Positions 60,601-64,000 of a stretch of 64,000 bases of DNA are shown in pieces; the first letter of the stretch is position 1, and every line of letters starts with the position of its first letter. The DNA is from Macrostomum lignano (taxonomy: Eukaryota). The stretch lies in the NCBI GenBank assembly GCA_002269645.1, contig NIVC01001837.1, positions 168,311-232,310 on the forward strand, read 5' to 3'. The notes under the pieces are model-generated. The model was given only the letters and a program-made list of their open reading frames with translations, was not told where the DNA came from and did no database searches. The translations under genes were made by a program, and so were the position numbers.

Positions 60601-63508
60601 CTGAACACACAAGCGCGCCAATACTGTACGCAGGCCCGCACTCATACACACGCTCTCACAGGGTGTACAGCGGGCCTCCTGACTTTCTAATCGTCCGGTA
60701 TGTACACTCTGTGTCTAGAGGATGGGCATGGATGAGACTGCACATTGTAACCTTCGTGACACACATTGAACCAAGGATGATTTGAAGTAGAAAAATACGG
60801 GGAAAATTCCAAGGAAAAGCTATCACCACGAGCGTAGCTTTTTTTCTCACGATCCGCCCATTAAACGTTTTCTAAGAAGCAAAGTCGTCCTTGATTTGAA
60901 CGCTGTCAAACCACAAAACACTGGAGTTCATGCTGTTTTGTTAACAACAGATATTGGCTATTTTTAGAATAAAAACAATGTTTGACGTTGCCGTTTTCTC
61001 ACCGCTGCATTTTCACTTCGTCCTCCATTGTCGGCAGCACAGACATGTAGTCAGCGCCGTACGTGATGGTAACTGACAAGTTAGTGGTCTCCACAATCGC
61101 TGAAAATTGGACATGAATAACGCGTTTTTAGCTACTAAATCAACTTTTTTAACAGAGTGGATGTCCACATAAGCACAAGAATAGAAATGCATATCTATCA
61201 GAAAGGCTGCGTCGTCTCACGAACCAGCGGTGAGGCAATTGATCTTCTGCTCATTCCGCAGACTCCGACCGCAAAAGAATACTTGTCGGACCGATGCAGT
61301 CGTTTTTGGTCTGAGTTCCATTCTGATGCTCAAGTTGACATCCATTTGGAAAGCTCAACTTACGACAGGCAAGCGAAGATCCTTGCGCTAACGGCACCGG
61401 CCTCGGTCCGGGAGCACGGCGCCGTTGTCGCGACACCACGCAGAAGCAGTGAGTCTGGTTGCATTGCCTCGCTTCGTAGAGGCCGTCCGAGACCCGGCAC
61501 TTCATCTTCTCTACGCCCAGATGGGAGCCGGACCAGCAGATAGGCAGAATCTTCTTTGGCGGCGGCGTGTCGTTGTTGTTGGCGCTACGCTGGTCGGAGT
61601 TGTAGTCGCGATCGGGTCGAGGGTGGCGCAGTCGAGGGTGGCGCAGTCGAGGTGGCGCAGTCGAGGGGGGCAGTCGAGGGTGGCGCAGTTGAGGGTGGCG
61701 CAGTCGAGGGTGGCGCAGTCGAGGTCGCACAGTCGAAGGCGCACCCCCGCCGCTTCCCTCCGCTGCGGTGGTCTTTGTGTCTGCGGCAGCTCCTGACTGC
61801 GTAGTCTTTGTTTCTTCAGTTCTTCCTGATGTTTTTGTCGTTGACGCGTCCGCAGCTCTTCCAGACGGTGTGGTTGTCGAAGTCGCCGAGCTGCTGCAGT
61901 TGTCGTTCGGGTGCAGAGCGGCAACCGACGGCGCAGGCAGCAATCTCGGTGCCGTTGCGGAGGAAGTAACGCTCGCTGCCGGTGCACTCGTCCGGGACGC
62001 AGAGGGCCCCTGGCCAGCTGGGGCAGGCGGGCTCACGCACAGATCCGGATAGAAGGCTGTGGAGTTTCTGCCGCACCAGCCCCGGGCGCAGGCACTAAGC
62101 AGCCGGCCTCCCTTGAGTAGCCACTGGCTCCGCTGACGGGCAGCCGGCTGAGCACCGGCCGGTGCTGGGGGAGTAGCGGAAGTTTGGAGTGTCGGCATCG
62201 ACTTGCAAGCGATCAGGGACGGGCCGCCGGCGTGGAGCTGGAGATCGAGGAGGCGGCGCAGACGTCGGAGTCGGTCTGGCAGCTGACCTCCTGGCCGTTG
62301 GCGTTGATGTGCACCAGCCTGCAATTGTCGCAGGCGTCGGCGAAGGTGGCAACTCCTGGACTGCCGCATGTTCGGTCGATGGTCCGATTGTGACACCAGG
62401 CTGGCAGCTTTCCGTTGGGACAGCGGGCCTTGTACAGGTGGGCCACCTTCAGGTAGTACCTGAGTTGGAGGGAGTGCAAGGTTGATGTAAGCGAGTTGAG
62501 AAATTTTGAAACGATCTCACACTTGTGCATCAATCCTGTGATTTGACGGTTGACTTCTTTCAGAATGCCCCAACTCTCCCACTGGATTTACTTATTAATG
62601 ATCAGCCGACCGTCTCGAGTGCACGCGATATGGTCGGCGTGCAGAGTGCCAGGCGTCGCACACCGTTCCGGTCGACGCACCAGAACATGCCATTGTCCGA
62701 CACCTGGACATTTTCAAAATTGCCTGTCCGGCGCTTGCACAGCGGCCGGACGGCAGCGCGATGCGCACCCGGCCGTGGCAGTTCTGCGCCATCCACTCGC
62801 ACTCGGCCCAGGAGTTGTACCGGTTGTTGTTGCGCCGGAGCCGGCGTACCAGAACGGACGGCAGACTTTTTTCGCCACGTCGTAGCCCCAGCGTCGGCAC
62901 ATCCGGTAGCAGCCAACGCCGGACAGTGACCGGAGCTAATGCTCATGGAGCAATGCGACTCCGGCTTAATGTCGGCCGGCGACATGCACTCGAGGCCACA
63001 GCCGCTGTTGCAGCACACCTGACTTTCAGTTGGACAGCCGCTGAAGGCGTTGCCTGTTTCGGCAGTGATAGTTCAGGTCGTTCTGCTTCGGGCAGTCTTC
63101 CTGAAAAAACCGGTGGGCATGAGTTGGAACTGTTTAATGGGAGGCAAATCTGTTGACGAGAGCATTGAAGGGTTTTGCAAGAACTGGCAGGATTAAGTCA
63201 TCCGCAAGGAGTCGAACTGCCAGCAACCAGTGCAGGAGGCGCAGGTGCCTGTTTTGACAACATAAATTGTTTTAGTTGGATAGACGACGGATTGTAGCTT
63301 ACACTGGGACAGGAGCGTGCATTTGGGGATAGGGATGCCCTGTGTATACCTTAGTGCGATAGCAAACATACTTTTTTAAAGCTGCCGAAACCGAAGGCAG
63401 CTGGTTCAAGCAAACTGGCGCTGTAGGCCCTGCACTCGTCCTGCTCGCAGGTGTCCATGTAGGCGGCCAGGTTTCTGTCCGAAGTGGCCGGCTTGTTGAT
63501 GCGTCAGT
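57683..63508 (-). CDS. Multi-domain type I membrane protein (WAP, Kunitz, 2x thyroglobulin type-1, P/S/T-rich, TM, Tyr-motif tail); 5'-partial, multiply frameshifted as given
   Basis: Approximate exons 63508-~63374, 63247-~63190, 63100-~62560, 62459-61364, 61099-61003, 60478-60144, 59214-58960, 57879-57683. Motifs across frames: EDCPK...CCNSGCGLECMSP (WAP); RRWGYDVAKKVCRPFWYAG..NNNRYNSWAEC (Kunitz); PLCKRRTGNFENVQ..FWCVDRNG and CRVSDGLYEARQCNQTHCFCV (TY); GSILVTV; VVGIVVGVLITVAVVAVAAVLIT|FALRRR (TM). Confidence 0.7.
58083..58825. repeat. ~33-bp minisatellite
   Basis: Unit GAGGGAGGGCCTCTAACCCCGCATTCTTTGATT with frequent single-base losses. Confidence 0.93.
59497..60037. mobile_element. MITE/foldback with nested inverted repeats
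   Basis: Outer arms TATCGCTTTTGACGATCTAA... / ...TTAGATCGTCAAAAGCGATA, extending inward to TCTGTGGYCTGGC; inner pair ATGGGAAAAAGCCRTTCAAAACGG at about 59632 (+) and 59872-59895 (-); possible TA TSD. Confidence 0.65.
61612..61735. repeat. 15-bp repeat within an exon
   Basis: TCGAGGGTGGCGCAG units; probably encodes PPSTA mucin-like repeats on the minus strand. Confidence 0.75.
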
Positions 63509-63584
63509 CTGTTGAAAATGAGATTTGACCAACCGTTTTGCGGATTTTCATTGACATAGTCTCATTTGCCTCTAAAAACTGACT

Positions 63585-64000
63585 AGACACAATCTACCAT
63601 TGTCTGCCTCCAAAACCATAGACACAATCTACCATTGTCTGACTCCAAAACCATAGACACAATCTACATTGTCTGCCTCCAAAACCATAGACACAATCTA
63701 CCATTGTCTGCCTCCAAAACCATAGACACAATCTACCATTGTCTGCTCCAAAACCATAGACACAATCTACCATTGTCTGACTGCAAACCATAGACACAAT
63801 CTACCATTGTCTGACCAAACCATAGACACAATCTACCATTGTCTGCCTCCAAAACCATAGACACAATCTACCATTGTCTGCCTCCAAAACATAGACACAA
63901 TCTACCATTGTCTGCTAAACCATAGACACAATCTACCATTGTCTGCCTGCAAAGCCATAGACACAATCTACCATTGTCTGCCTCCAAAAACCATAGACAC
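63585..64000. repeat. ~35-bp minisatellite running off the window
   Basis: Unit CCATAGACACAATCTACCATTGTCTGCCTCCAAAA. Confidence 0.95.

Noticed and set aside
61226-61244. Micro-exon candidate
   Set aside because: The flank is a copy of the dispersed 22-mer also at 27493; the frame cannot be verified.

Overview
Animal genomic DNA with GT-AG introns. The GC-rich exons separated by introns that each carry their own minisatellite resemble the flatworm Macrostomum; the taxon is an inference. I built five spliced protein genes by hand: (1) a TLC-domain FAM57/TLCD3-like gene (+, 5560-8729, first exon not found); (2) a complete 15-exon Ca2+/calmodulin-dependent phosphodiesterase PDE1 (+, 18555-29506); (3) a 3-exon TRH-receptor-like class A GPCR (-, 44476-33615); (4) TMCO1 (+, 55600-56272); (5) a 5'-partial, frameshift-riddled type I membrane protein with WAP, Kunitz, thyroglobulin-1 and mucin-like segments plus a TM helix (-, about 63500-57683). 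Mobile DNA: a LINE with intact PHD-bearing ORF1 and APE-RT ORF2 (48897-53760), a complete 4.6 kb hAT element with 8-bp TSD in GPCR intron 1, a hAT MITE, a 5'-truncated RTE LINE, Helitron-like units, foldback MITEs and Ty3/Gypsy debris. About 30 distinct tandem arrays produce most of the ORFs in the supplied track, and those ORFs are spurious. Most notable: LINE ORF1 and ORF2 are in one frame across a single UGA with no upstream AUG and a YxxxxL-phi motif; an antisense copy of PDE1 exon 12 lies just downstream of the gene; a PDE1 intron holds about 30 perfect splice-donor/AP-1 motifs; and PDE1 has a candidate lipid-anchored N-terminus with an upstream RFX X-box.
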